DNA of 64,000 bases. Source: Eledone cirrhosa (Eukaryota). Under the pieces are notes generated by a model, which saw nothing but the letters and a program-made list of their open reading frames with translations, did not search any database and had not been told where the DNA came from. The position numbers and the translations under genes were made by a program. The stretch spans positions 129,890,001 to 129,954,000 of the forward strand of contig OZ024740.1 in assembly GCA_964016885.1 (NCBI GenBank), given 5' to 3'. Positions 50,178 through 64,000 of the stretch are shown in pieces (the first letter of the stretch is position 1; every line of letters starts with the position of its first letter).

Positions 50178-50790
50178 TGGTGACTGCCAACTCGTTTTCG
50201 AGTACGGCCACTACTTTATATCCATGTAGAACCCTTACCGATGCGCTGATTGAGTGTGACTTTTTAGTCCAGCCAGCGACTTGAAAACTCTGGTACAAAC
50301 ACTACACTTGTGACAATTACTGACACATAGTGCTGGGCCCATGGTAATATTTGATGACAAGTGCAGAGAAATCTCCAGATATAAAGCAATGCCTGTGCTG
50401 TGAAGCTTTTATGGTGAGCAAAGGCACTGCACAAATCCAGTCCCACTCTCTTAACTAAAGATGATATTTACCTAAAAGAAGAACAAGTCAACATCATTGG
50501 ATACCATCAGAGTTGCAGGTGTTATATCAGAGTTTTCCTTCTCCTGGAATGGTGCCTTTGACAAAAGCTAAGGGGTCATCTCATCCGGTGATTTTGGATG
50601 GCCATTGATTCTTAAGAGATCCTTTGCCCTTTGACAGGTTTTATTTTTAGTCCTGCAGGATGTCCAAAGTCACCCTCCTCACCAAGAAACCTTGGTGGGG
50701 TTGCCAGTTCAGTCACCAAAGACCCGACCATGATTCAGGTTGTACTGGGATACATGTTACCAGTAGCACGAACTGGTGACCTGAGCGACG
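50178..50790 (-). mobile_element. Isolated RTE-type 5' UTR/leader between (TA)n tracts
   Basis: Minus-strand 'ggcaccattccaggagaaggaaaactctgat' resembles the leader motif I recall from RTE LINEs; GC-richer than its flanks. Confidence 0.42.
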
Positions 50791-50799
50791 TATATATAT

Positions 50800-50834
<35 letters not shown>

Positions 50835-50838
50835 AATG

Positions 50839-50870
<32 letters not shown>

Positions 50871-51949
50871 TATATATATATATATACTATTATACACATA
50901 CACATATACATACATATACATAGATATACACATATACATACATACATACATACATATACATATATTTAAGAATATATCTATATAGAATGTATCGTAATGT
51001 TCTATACACACGATCCGTCGGGTATCTCATAAACGATATTCTTTCGTATGTAATTATACATTTAGTCTATGTAATTGCAAGCGGGAATATATAAGAATAT
51101 TGAAGCTTCATTAAATGGTAGAAATTATCTTTTGTTTTAATTATATAGATGTCACATAATTTCCAAGAAATGCACCAAATAAAAAAGTAAATATGCAATG
51201 CAAGGAGAAATAAATCGATTTTAATTATGAATTACTAACGTTCAAAACTAAGATGAAGTGGGACTAATAACTATATCCAAAGATGTCTGATTTAATATTC
51301 TAACATCAAAGCTACTCGAATTTTAATTTCATGTCATTTGTTGCGAAAACATTTCTCACATTCTGACATTATACATACATAAATACACACACATACACAC
51401 GTACAGAGAGAGAAAGAGAGAGATATACACATACCCCACCCACACACACACGCACAGTTACAGAGAGAGACACACACATACACACACAGAAATACACACC
51501 TACACACCCACACCCAGACACACACATACACACACACACACATATATATATAAAAAAAAAAATATATATATATATATGTGTGTGTGTATATATATATACT
51601 TGAATTTGGGTGTATGCATTTATAGCATTAACGATGGTTGTCCGAATGTGTACGGAATACTAACACAGATAATCATTATATTCAATACAATATTAAATCT
51701 GTACACATATATTTCGTTTACAAATAAAATTTACGTAACTAGAACTGATCATGCATCTACAATCACCGGATACGGAATGAAGGAAACATGTCTTGCAATG
51801 GAGAAATTATTTCTGTTTATAATACACACAACCCTAGTTACACACAAATGCACTCATGCACATACAGCCGCACATACACACGTATTCGCATACGCCCACA
51901 AACTTACGTGCACACAGAATGTGTATATATATATATATATAAATATATA

Positions 51950-52910
<961 letters not shown>

Positions 52911-53148
52911 TATTGTTCTGCATCTCCTTGCATTGAACGACAAAGTTACTAAGACAAAACCTATATATTTGTTAGTATAGGCATGCATCTGTATATATAT
53001 GTTGGTAGCTATACTAATTCTTTATATATATATATATTTATGTGTGCATATCTGGGCATAGGCATGCCTGTATGCATGTACATTTATATATTTTCTGTCT
53101 AAGTATATACGTATATTTACTCACCCAGAAACACGCAGCCACATATAC

Positions 53149-53179
<31 letters not shown>

Positions 53180-53181
53180 TA

Positions 53182-53605
53182 TCTGAAATGCATAGACAGT
53201 TGTCCCCCTTGCTTCTGCTGGACACCACCAGAGGGCGTTATCCCAGTGGTGTTTGCATAGCTACGGCTGCATAAAACCGCATTTCGTTAGCAAATCGAAA
53301 TAGTTATACATCTTATATGAAGCTATGCTTGAAGCAAAATCTTATTCCTTTTCTCTTATAAGCTGAGCCAACTTATGCAGCTTCATATGCAAATGAGATT
53401 AATCACCTGATTTACACAGACGAGATATTCCCGGCTGTTTTCAAGACCAGCAGTTGCAATCGGTGGGAGGGACCGTCCTACCGAAGGCCAGTCAAGCCTG
53501 AAATGCATAGACAGATGTCCCCCTGCGTTTGCTAGACAACACCAGAGGGCCTTACCCCACCAGAGTTTGCATAGCTACGGCTACCTAACACCGTATTTCT
53601 TTTGT
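53182..53605 (+). mobile_element. Partial tandem (period ~316 bp) with octamer and degenerate hammerhead
   Basis: 'ctgaaatgcatagacag' at 53182 and 53498; ATGCAAAT at 53387; 'ccgtc CTACCGA aggc cagtcaa gcct GAAA tgc ATA gacag' at 53473-53514. Confidence 0.65.
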
Positions 53606-53640
53606 TATACGAGATGTCTATACATATTGCCTAAAGCTAT

Positions 53641-53791
<151 letters not shown>

Positions 53792-53961
53792 GTTCAAGAG
53801 TAAACCAATCTTAATGGGTGAGAAGAATATAGGCGAGCAGAGGAGAGATTAGAGAATGTGTTAGAAGCCAAAAGCGTAAAGGCATGTGATCAATGTTCAA
53901 AAAGCAATGGAAGGCAGCTAGATGGCTGGGTTCATGCTGAAATTAGATCCACGGAACTGGA

Positions 53962-54201
53962 AATATTCATTAGTTAAGCGAAGACAAGACCACAGATTTC
54001 ACAAGGAAGACATTATTTAAAGAAAGTCAACATTTTTTCAGTATATATGAGTAATAAGGAGTGTAATTATAATGTAATGTAAGGAATACATTAAATTATA
54101 ATTACACTCCCTATTCCTCACATATACTGAAACTACGTTGACTTTCTTTATATACTATCTTCCTTGTGAAATCGGTGGTCTTGTCTTTGCTTAACTAATG
54201 A

Positions 54202-54207
<6 letters not shown>
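53962..54207. repeat. Foldback, ~115-bp diverged arms, next to (TA)n
   Basis: 'atattcattagttaagc..' vs '..gcttaactaatgaatat'; contains only a GAAAC-tac-GTT half motif. Confidence 0.8.
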
Positions 54208-54290
<83 letters not shown>

Positions 54291-55099
54291 CCAAGTTATT
54301 GTGTGTATGTATATACAAGTCACATAAACATATTGTGTTAATATTTCATTTTATCAATGGAATGAGAAAATATGAGATGATATTGTCTAATCAATATCTC
54401 TAAAATTAATTGCAGTAAACCAAAACGTGATCCAATGGACAGTCAACGCATCACAGACACACAAAGAGAATACACCAACACACACACTCATATATATACA
54501 CATGCATGCACACAACCACAAAGACACAACGCTGTAGGTTTGGCTGCATTTCTGTGTGCAGATAAACCTTATTTTTTATTTTTATTAGTGCTTTATATAT
54601 ATTTTCGGATTTCTTAATTGAATAAATATATTAACACAAGATATGTGTAAGCATATATATCAGAAATATGCATATCTATACACATGCAAGAAATGAAATG
54701 CATATGTCTGTATACACTTATATATTTACTTTCTACTTCAACACTTCCCCAGTCTGCAATTTCATTCTTCGTCTATATCGTTCGGTTGCCCATACATTAC
54801 CATACACGCGCGTGCGCACATACACACACACTCACACGCACACATACACACACATATATATATATATATGTGTGTGTGCATGTATGTAATTATGTATTCA
54901 TGTCGTACTTATTTGCCTGCTTTGAGGCGCAGAATACAGCAGATATCCGCCAACACCTCAACCCGCTGTGTTATTCTATCCACAATTTAACATTTACAGA
55001 GCCTGGTATTCCTGCACCTGTCTCTCCACCTCTTACCATTCTCCTGCAGCGATGAAATTGCTGCCATGCTGCTGCTGACAGGGTCCAAAGCATAAATTC

Positions 55100-56000
55100 A
55101 AACAGTGTTGGTTGTGTCATACATCACCAAAATACCTGCCTTTTGTGTTCTATGTGAATACAGCTAATTCTGAGGGCAATATATATGTTTCGTGTTTTAT
55201 ATTGACATGTATGTCTTGCAATCAATCTCTTGATTCAGCAAGCAGCAATATCTGAACAATCCATATCACACGGCTTTTTAACTTTCTTCCATCATAGGTC
55301 TATTTCTACCCTTCGTTGCCGTATCTATTACAAAATCAACTGCAAATATGAATATAAAATATAATGCAACGCAGACCTGGCGAATAAGTGTGTTGTTGTT
55401 AATGTCGTCAGTAAGACATAAAATCTTCTGAAACCACTGTTGCATTTATTATAGTGTCTGTGAAACCTATTGAAGTACATTTGAGAGACACTGTTGACTT
55501 TGGCAATCTTACTTGGAGATATCCGATAGATGCTAGCAAAAACCTTTTGAAGTTGAATTTCGTTTTTTGCTGGAATTCAAATCACTGCCCCACGAATGAT
55601 TTTAAGGGCCTACATTTGTTTTGAGAATGGACGATTAAAACGGAAGCCTTCTTGTTCTCGCAATGTTTCTTTAATTTACTGTCAGAAACTATTCAGGAAC
55701 AGAGTGTACAGAGGGATTCAGGTTGTCTAGAACGATTTAATTTCTCTCCAGATGATGTAGTGTGTAACAATACGCAATCACTTATACCTTCTAGTTGGTT
55801 GGTGATTATAGGTTGTTTCTAGCGAGTATTAAGCAGGTTGCTGCTATACTCTGTTATTTATTTCTTCTGTTAAAATGAAATTGCCAGTCCATGCTTTGAT
55901 TAGTACACAGCAATTATCTTTGAAAAATTGACCTATAGGACTGTTTGATAAGTGTGCCTTTATTTCCATTTGGCTCCCTGCAAATTTAAGTCGTTTACTT
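55100..56000 (-). pseudogene. Possible decayed Penelope-like endonuclease region
   Basis: Weak minus-strand traces ('GP', 'SDIAA', 'ELAVF..HK') resembling GP.K..V.L, SAIA.HL and P.LC.QK. Confidence 0.28.
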
Positions 56001-56194
56001 TTTTATTACTCTTGTTGTTGTTCCTGTATCTCTATCTTGTCAGTCAATTTACTGCATGGTGTTCTGATATTTCGCACTAAAGGTTTATGTTTTTGGCGTT
56101 AATGTATTGATTATATACATCAACTGATCTATATCGATTGTAATCTTCTAATAGGATATAAATATTATTATACATGCACGTAACAAACAAACAA

Positions 56195-56238
<44 letters not shown>

Positions 56239-56240
<2 letters not shown>

Positions 56241-56398
56241 GTGGCGAATTAGTAGAGTCGTTAGAAAGTCGAATGTAATACTTTAAGGTATTCGTTCCGG
56301 CTATCTGCTCTCTAATTCCATATCCTGCCGAGGTCAACTTTGCCTTTTATCATTTCGAGGTCGATAAAAAAAGTACCAGTCAAGTAGTGAGGTCGATA
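56239..56398 (+). mobile_element. SINE of a related subfamily
   Basis: 'gccgaggtcaactttgccttttatcatttcgaggtcgataaaaaaagtaccagtcaagtagtgaggtcgat' shares the central domain but differs in head and tail. Confidence 0.75.
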
Positions 56399-56667
56399 CA
56401 TCCTCTATATCACTTTCTCATTTTCCTATCTCTCATCTATCACTCATCATCTGCTGTAGTCAGACCATATATATATATATATATATATAAAATGAGATTA
56501 ATATCCCCACAGAAATATATAGGGTGTCTATAATACAATTGTTGTTCAATGGTATTCATTTGAGATACCAGAACTATACAATTGAGATGACCGGAACAAG
56601 TAAACTTTTAACATTCTTTTAAAATAAATTAAAATACAATTTAAATATTTACCTATCCAAATTGCTT

Positions 56668-56740
56668 TTACCGACGGTTTCGCCTCAGAAAAATTGGAAA
56701 TCCAAAGACTTCCAATGGAAAGATCGGCTCTTTAGAGGGC
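56668..56740 (-). ncRNA. Decayed hammerhead motif with a long stem II
   Basis: Reverse complement 'cct CTAAAGA gcc ...ttggaagtctttggatttccaa... ggc GAAAC c GTC ggt'. Confidence 0.45.
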
Positions 56741-58397
56741 TATTTCCATTACATAGTACTTAAAGTCCCATAGCAACAAATACATCGCCTATTGTCAGCT
56801 AGTGAAAGATCGAGTGGTCGTCTAGTGAAAGCGGGAATATTATAGACTTGTATGTCACACTACTAAAAATAGCAGCTAGGTACAACGTTTTTTTTCTCTA
56901 CAAATGGGAGAATATGTTGGACCACTATTGGCTGGTAATTTATATGCAAAGAAGCTGTTAGTGACTTAGGATATGTATGAAGTTAGGTCTAGTATCCAAA
57001 CCTATTTAAACACGTTTGGTTGTAGTTGTTCATGCTTGATCCACATGTTTGGCGTATTCTGTTTTGCTAAACCCCTTGATAGAAATATGGAGTGACGCAT
57101 TCCATTTGTTAAACGAAATTCATAATTTGGTATAATACAAACGCTCCAGCGAAATGTTTAATAGAACATAACAATCCATTCCCCCACTGTACTGCTATTT
57201 TATGTTAATAGTTAATGGTGCTGCCATACCTCTCTTTGCTATGTTAATAAATCATAAAGAAATCATCATTAATTGCAAATTAATTTGAATCATTCTGAAG
57301 AACATTATTAGATATATTCATCAATATACGGGGCTTGTATTAATATGTTCTGAAATAATGCCTCTACTTCTACACAACCAATAAATTAATTAAATGTAGC
57401 ATAGAGCGCTACTCTGTCAAATACAATGTAAATACACATGACGAATGAATAAAAATAAATACATATGCGTGTAATTCAACCATTTTCTATCACTTATCCA
57501 CTCTCAAAGGCGAATATACCCATACATTCATAGTTTCCATTCTGTTCAGAAAAGGAAATCAGAAAACAAATCTACTTCAATCACTAAGGAATCCATTTTT
57601 GCTTTCTTCTATACAGCAACAAATGGATGCAACAAAATTACCTTGGCAATTCTTTTCAAATACTGTATCACTCTTTCATCCGATAACAATAGTAAAAATT
57701 GCTCTTTTAGCTTATATGTATATATATTTATATATATATATGATTACAATACAAGCCAGAATAATATTAATAATAATACTTAAATATAAATCCATTTCCG
57801 ATATAACTATAAATTGTCTCAAAGAACATTACGCTAAATACATGTCTTATAGAAAATATAAAATATAGAGTACAAAGTCTAAAATTACGCTTATACAACC
57901 ATATTGAAATGGAGAAGGAAGATAGGTAAATAGAGAAGGTATGTGGAAATCATGGAGACACACAGACATATATTATAAAAAAGAACAGAGATAGATTTCC
58001 AATGCTTGGAAGCAGAATAGTAGAGGAGAACAAAGAATTAATCCAGAGAACTATTATTTACAATAAAGTATATACTACACTGATATTCTGCTATGTGTTT
58101 TCAAACTAATTTCCAATACAAAATTATTACTTTATGGTTTATATCGCAGGGCTGTAATTTAATCATTCTGTCTTGCTTATAGGAGAGCTAATGGTACGAT
58201 AATGTAAATAAGATGGTCTGTAATGCAGAGGAAACATTGTTGAATACAATGCAGATATTGTATGATATCCATTTATTCATAACTTACTCCCTGTCTATAC
58301 ATTTTCAATCCATCAAGCGTTGTTTCTATCAATTTCTCAATCAATCCATATATCTCTCTGTTCAGCCACAAGCAAACAGATAGACGCACATACATAC

Positions 58398-60420
58398 ATA
58401 ATAATAATAATGACGATAATTTCTTTATTGGCCACACGGGCCTATATATAGGGGACAGTATAAACAACACAGGGACAGTGGGGTTTACAAATAAATCAAG
58501 TAAAAGTATAAAACAATAACAAATAACATGAAAAGTACAAACAACAGAGCTCCCCAATAGGGGTGGTAACCAACCAGGGTCGACTCGGGTACGCTACCAA
58601 TCATGGGCCCACGACGCCTCAAGGGAACCAGGGAAGAGTACCCATCTTCTCCTAAAATTAGCTACCCTAGAGGCACATTCTCAGAGTAGACCAATTCACA
58701 CAGGCGATTTCCACCACATTCACCCACATTTTAAAAGATATACTGGGGGGCAGCACTTCTCTCTCCACTCTCACCTTCCTTTCCAATTGAAACTTGAAAA
58801 GTTTGAGGAGGGATTGGCCGAAAAGAAAAGTGTCTGCCCTCAGTCCATCAACCTTGTCCATCACACATCCTCTTTCGCTACCGCCACGAGACAGACGAAC
58901 ATTGCAAGTCATTCCCCGCCACAATAAGATGCGGGTTGATCTTCATTATGGATTCGGTCGATAGCCGGATTCGTTCTACAAGAGACAACAGCTGTGCGAC
59001 AAATTTCCACAAGTCAGTAATGCACGGACACTGGACGAGTATGTCCCAAACGTTTTCGTCGCATTGTGAGTATATCGGGTTGGTCAGTCTGACAGATTAT
59101 CCATGCCTGTAGAATGTATCTCGAACCGGACGGAACCCGTGGTGTCACTGCAAGGTGAAGGAAGCTATCTATCGTCCGCTAATCCTATAGAGAACTCGAG
59201 AGGAGAAGTTTCCCTAAACACATTGACCGCCTATGAGACGGAAGTGAGTTCCTCGCAACATTCCAGATGTCTGGCACCGAGTTTCGGTCTCTCCTTGACG
59301 GAGGACGGTAGCTCCTTGAAAGAGACAAGATTTGGAAAGATCTGTTTCACAACCGGGTACCAAACCAATTCACTTTTTAGGCAGGAACTCAGGAGTGCCT
59401 CAGCCTCAGCGCAAGTTTGCGCATCATTTCCCATAACATTTCCAGCCCTACGCGTAGAGGATAATGTCATATATAGGATCTCCTCAACAACGGAACCTAT
59501 CCCAAACACAAGAGGTTGAAGTGGTGCCGCTCCAATATGTTAAGGCCCGAACGGAGGCACAGCACGACGATTAGTTGTTGGTAGTAGATGACGGACGCTA
59601 TGTACGCATTCGCCACTTTCGCTCTACCTTTCAGAGAAAGCTTCCTCTCGACTCATTTTTGGGACATACTGGCTACGCTGATCCTGACCTCATCCCAATT
59701 ATTATCTACCTTGATTTATAGTGAAACCAAAAACCCGCGCAACTTTACAGGTCCATCTGTCCAGCACCCAGCAATGCTGTTGGGCCGCATCGACATGCCT
59801 CTCCTGGTGCCGAGCTGCAAGCCAACCGACTTTTCCCGATTACGATTCGCTCCTGTCAATCTTCCCTATTTGTATAATAAGTTGCCCATCACATCGACTT
59901 CCAAGATGTCCGCCACCTTCACGGTGATGACGGCGGCATAAGCCGTCGCAGTCTTTTCGCGTCCCTGCATGATCGGGTTTCCCTGCAACAGCTCCAGTCA
60001 ATACGCAACAGGTCGAGTGATAATACGTATAGAAGGGAGGAGAGAGGGAACCCTTGACGAAAGAATAGGGAGATTTGGAACGGTTCCTAAATTTGGCCAT
60101 TAACGTTGACAAGAGCACATGCCACCATGCATTACAGTGATCTAGTATCTGAAGACGGGACCAAAGCCAGCTGCCTTGATGACAGTCTCCAGGTATAGAT
60201 GGGCGACCTATCGAAAGCTTTCGATTGATCTAAATTCATCAGAGCTCCACTGAAGCCACGTTTACACCTTACACTCTCCATGATGTATCGCAGGAAGTGA
60301 AGATTGTCGTGTATAGACCTGCTCGGTTTTGCTCAAATCTGCCCCTCCTCTACCAAAACCACGACGACAAGCACCATCCTTTTCGCTAACACCTTGTCCA
60401 AAATCTTAAACTCTGCAGCC
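58398..60420 (-). mobile_element. Tx1/L1-like LINE, 3' part of ORF2 (RT) + 3' UTR + (ATT)n tail
   Basis: Minus-strand 'AAEFKILDKVLAKR', 'RSIHDNLHF', 'LDQSKAFDR', 'GSLSPPFY', 'QNSWMLDRW', 'FELERKVRVEREVL..MWVNV'. Confidence 0.82.
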
Positions 60421-60559
60421 AGTAGCAGTAGAGAGTTTTTTTTATCATTACAGATTTACTAAGCATTATCGATTATGCTATAATATCACTTTTTAGGGGG
60501 AAAACACCATTTGTTGTTAACGATTGCTCCCGTCAACGTTCGCTTAACTAATTGACTAT

Positions 60560-61800
60560 TCTTTTCCCCAACGTCTTTGCGTGCCGGGAATGACGCTTTT
60601 AGGGCTGAGTAAACAGGCACTGTTTATGATGCTTCTCCAGATCGGTCACAGTGTTCAATAATATATGGTCCGTGTAGTCGACTACTTTGAATTGTGGACA
60701 ACTTATACTAGTCTTATCTAATTCTTTGCAGTATAGCCAATATAAGTACGATCTGGATTACACAATGCAGTTTGTACATAGCCACATCGGCACATTCTGG
60801 AAAGCCAGTCGGTACCTCTCAGACTGGTGGAAGCGTCTGAGTAGGGGACCATGGCTTTTACAGCTCCTAACTTATCTGCCAGCCCCACACTGTCCCAAGG
60901 TTAACCCAGGCAAAATGCATTTACATTGACTATGCTAAATGAAACCATATATACAATGATGAAAAAGTGGGTGAGTCCATCTACTTTTGGGGGCAATACA
61001 GTTGGTCAGTTCCCATGGTCATATGTCGGTTCGTTTACAAGTATGTCCTCCTATACCCTTCTGCAGAGTGTACTTCGGTATTCACTAATTATCTCGGAGG
61101 AATTTTATTTTTAAATTTGTGTACGTTTTTTTTAATTTACGTTTATAATTATTATGTGTGTGGGTGGTGCAAATGTTCGGGGTGATTCGTGATGTTCTGA
61201 AGTGCTTGTATGTAGTTGATTAGTTTTTAGTTGTTTATAATTTATTGTTCTATAGTGAATGAGTGTTGTATCTTTCTGTTGCATTTACTTTTGTTGTTGT
61301 GGACGTGGATTTGGTTGTGTTTAGGATGTTGCTGGTGTCTGTTCTCATGTTAATGATGGTGTTGCAGTATTCTTAGTGTTGGTAATAGTTGGTAATAGTT
61401 GCTTTAAGGCTTTAGCTTTTTTTTTTTCCTTCCGTTTTTAGAGGATGAAACCAGAGAGATTATTTCTCTTCTTGTAATTATGGGATATGGTTTGTCACTC
61501 CTTGACTTTGTCAAAATGTGTATCCTATTGTGTAACGTCGGGTAGCGGCACGTCTTCCATGAGTTCGTTCCATGGGTTGATATTGGTGGTGGCGCTGCTG
61601 CTTCAGTCTCGGCTTGTTTTTTGTTGCTGCTGTTTTTCTTGCCTATTTTTCTTGGTGTCGTCGTGGATGTTTCCGTTGTTATTGATGTCATTGCTGCTGC
61701 GGGTTGGGCTTTGGCAAGAGTGCGGGTTTACGTTCTTTTATAACTTGCTTTGGGCAGAAAGGTTCCGAGAGGCAGCCAATCACTTAACCACTCGACATTT
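60560..61800 (-). pseudogene. Possible third Tx1-like ORF1 remnant with low-complexity N-terminus
   Basis: Same GTT/GGT-rich 5' region followed by a GC-richer block as at 0.3-1.8 kb and 40-41.7 kb; protein motifs not clearly recoverable. Confidence 0.3.
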
Positions 61801-63657
61801 GTCACTGTGTATTACAGTGTTTGGCTCGAACAGGCAGTGCTCTTCCGTATACATTGCCACTCCAGTTATTTATGGAAATTGTCTATAGTGCCCCCCCCCC
61901 CCCCCATATATATATATATATATATATATTTTGTGTGTGTTTCTGTGTGTGTGTGCGGGGTGCATGTGCGTCTGTGTGTGCACGTGTGCTTTGATTTCTT
62001 TTTTTTGTTCCTTATTCTCACTTTTTATCAGTATATTTGATCTTCATTTAACACATATCATATGCAACTTTGTTTGTGTAGCTGTATGTGTTTATGTATA
62101 AGTCTACTGGAGTGTGTATGTACAACAGCGGACATAGGTCTAATATGTGTTTAATTGGAATTCGTAATTTCTGTGAAATTCATTTAGTAAATTTTAATAA
62201 ATAATATAATGTATTATATTTTGGGGTTGCCTTAATATACCTCGAAATGTATATTTATATAAAAATGATTCTTTAATTGACATGCAGAAACGTAAATCTA
62301 AGTAATATAATTGCGTACTTTTAATCATTTAATTGAAAGCATAAATACTTATGTGTCATTAGAAACCAACGATAAACTTACATGCATCAGAATTATTAAT
62401 GAGTATTATGCTAAAGAAGTTTCAACGTAAACGTAATTCCACAAACAGTAAGATGAAGCGAATCTTCTCATTACTTGATTAATCCGAAATAAATAATGTG
62501 ATTGGGGAGATGCCCAGTCGTTATAGAGAGAGGTAAAATCCCTACAGCGGCGTCAAAAGTGTTGTGCGTTCAGCAAATTCGTTCAAGGGTGTACACCTTT
62601 TTTGTGCGTTTATAAAAATAGGTCACTATTCATGGTATTAGCTTGGTCAAATTTAATATTCTGGTCAGCTTGGCTGATGGGGAATTTGGTATGTGTATCA
62701 AGACAGGCTAGCGGTCAGGATAATGAATTAACGTGGAATAAGGTTTTAGGGGTGGAATGAAGGAGGAGGTGAATTATGGTCGTAAGAGTGGGAAGTAGTG
62801 GTGTGTTTTAGGGAGTGAGTTTTAAGACTATGTACAGACAAATTTAAGAAGTTGAAGGAATATGTTTAAGAAAAGAGTAAAAAAAATGAGTTATATTATA
62901 GTAAATGAACAAATATATGAGACACATTTTACCATAAGTTACCCTCCCATATTATCTATTTTCATCTATTTTTAAACACTTAATTTTACTTGATATTATT
63001 TTATTTTATTTTATTCTATTCACTCGTTTATTTACTAATTTATTTAACAATGTGCATATCTGGAATCTCCCGTTGCGTGAAATCAATCAATAGTATTTGA
63101 TGCTATTATTGCAAGTTATTTATTTTAAATTTCTTCCTGTAAATCAGTACCATACTTTTTCCATCAGTGATTTGAATTAATATAGATATTTTGGGATATT
63201 ATATGTTTTCTATATACACAAACAATCACGTTCACACACACATACGCATACACACACAAACACGAACTCAGAAATCGTGAGTTATGATGCAAATGTGACT
63301 TGCTGGTGTTCATTCGTTCGAAATGACTAGGGTTCTGGTGACGGAGATGATAAATTCAAAGGTTTACATCCCAAAAAAAGAATATATTCACGTTGTATTT
63401 ACTCTGTCAAAAGAGTTAATTCAATGTTATTTAGAAACATTTTCCACACGGTGTTCATAGCAAAAAGATAGGTTTTGAATTTTCTAGAAGTATGTTAATG
63501 CAGATTTTCTTAAGATTGATATATTCAAATAAAAGCTCAATGGGTTGATTCATTGATTCAATTTCAAAATATTTATGTCTGGAGATATTAACCTGAAGAA
63601 AGAACTAAGACATACATCTTTTTTCTGGTTACGGCTAACATATTTAATTATTGGATA

Positions 63658-63713
<56 letters not shown>

Positions 63714-64000
63714 CGCAATTAACTTCTATATCACTGCATACAGAAAATATTTCTCCATCTATCGGGTTTCAACCATTGCCGATTAGAATATATTGAGTAT
63801 CATATAGGACACCTGTTTCAGTTTTTAAAAGAAAATACACATGTAAAAATCCAGGGATAATTTATAGAAATGCCACCATATAGATGAAACGTTGAGGCAT
63901 GTATTACGTTTATCTGACGAGAAAGATTTTTTTTTATCACACAAAGATATTAACTAAACTGAAAACACTAATGTTATTTGGAGCACCTTATTTAATATGC

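Noticed and set aside
54920-55080. 'CSDEIAA' suggests the 3' end of a CR1/Jockey-group RT
   Set aside because: Too short and decayed to annotate with confidence.
62500-62830. Possible Penelope RT N-terminal remnant on the minus strand
   Set aside because: Only vague traces; not enough to support a call.

Overview
AT-rich, microsatellite-laden eukaryotic DNA, most likely from an octopod cephalopod (inferred from the SINE and retroelement families; not verified by search). No host protein-coding exon can be supported. The window is a layered deposit of transposons. Non-LTR retroelements include a near-complete R4/Dong-type RLE element plus older copies, three Tx1/L1-like segments (one with an open 485-aa ORF1), RTE-like LINEs, and CRE-like and CR1-like remnants. 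There is also a Naiad-like Penelope element with both pseudo-LTRs, two decayed mariners and about ten tRNA-derived SINE copies or fragments. The most interesting signal is a population of small non-coding elements next to (TA)n tracts. They occur as tandem and/or inverted repeats and carry minimal type-I hammerhead motifs with palindromic stem III. In four of them (two homologous ~460-nt families and two others) an octamer ATGCAAAT lies about 80-92 nt upstream of the hammerhead core on the same strand. This suggests a conserved promoter-plus-ribozyme cassette of Penelope-dependent, retrozyme-like elements. All coordinates and alignments were read by eye and are approximate.
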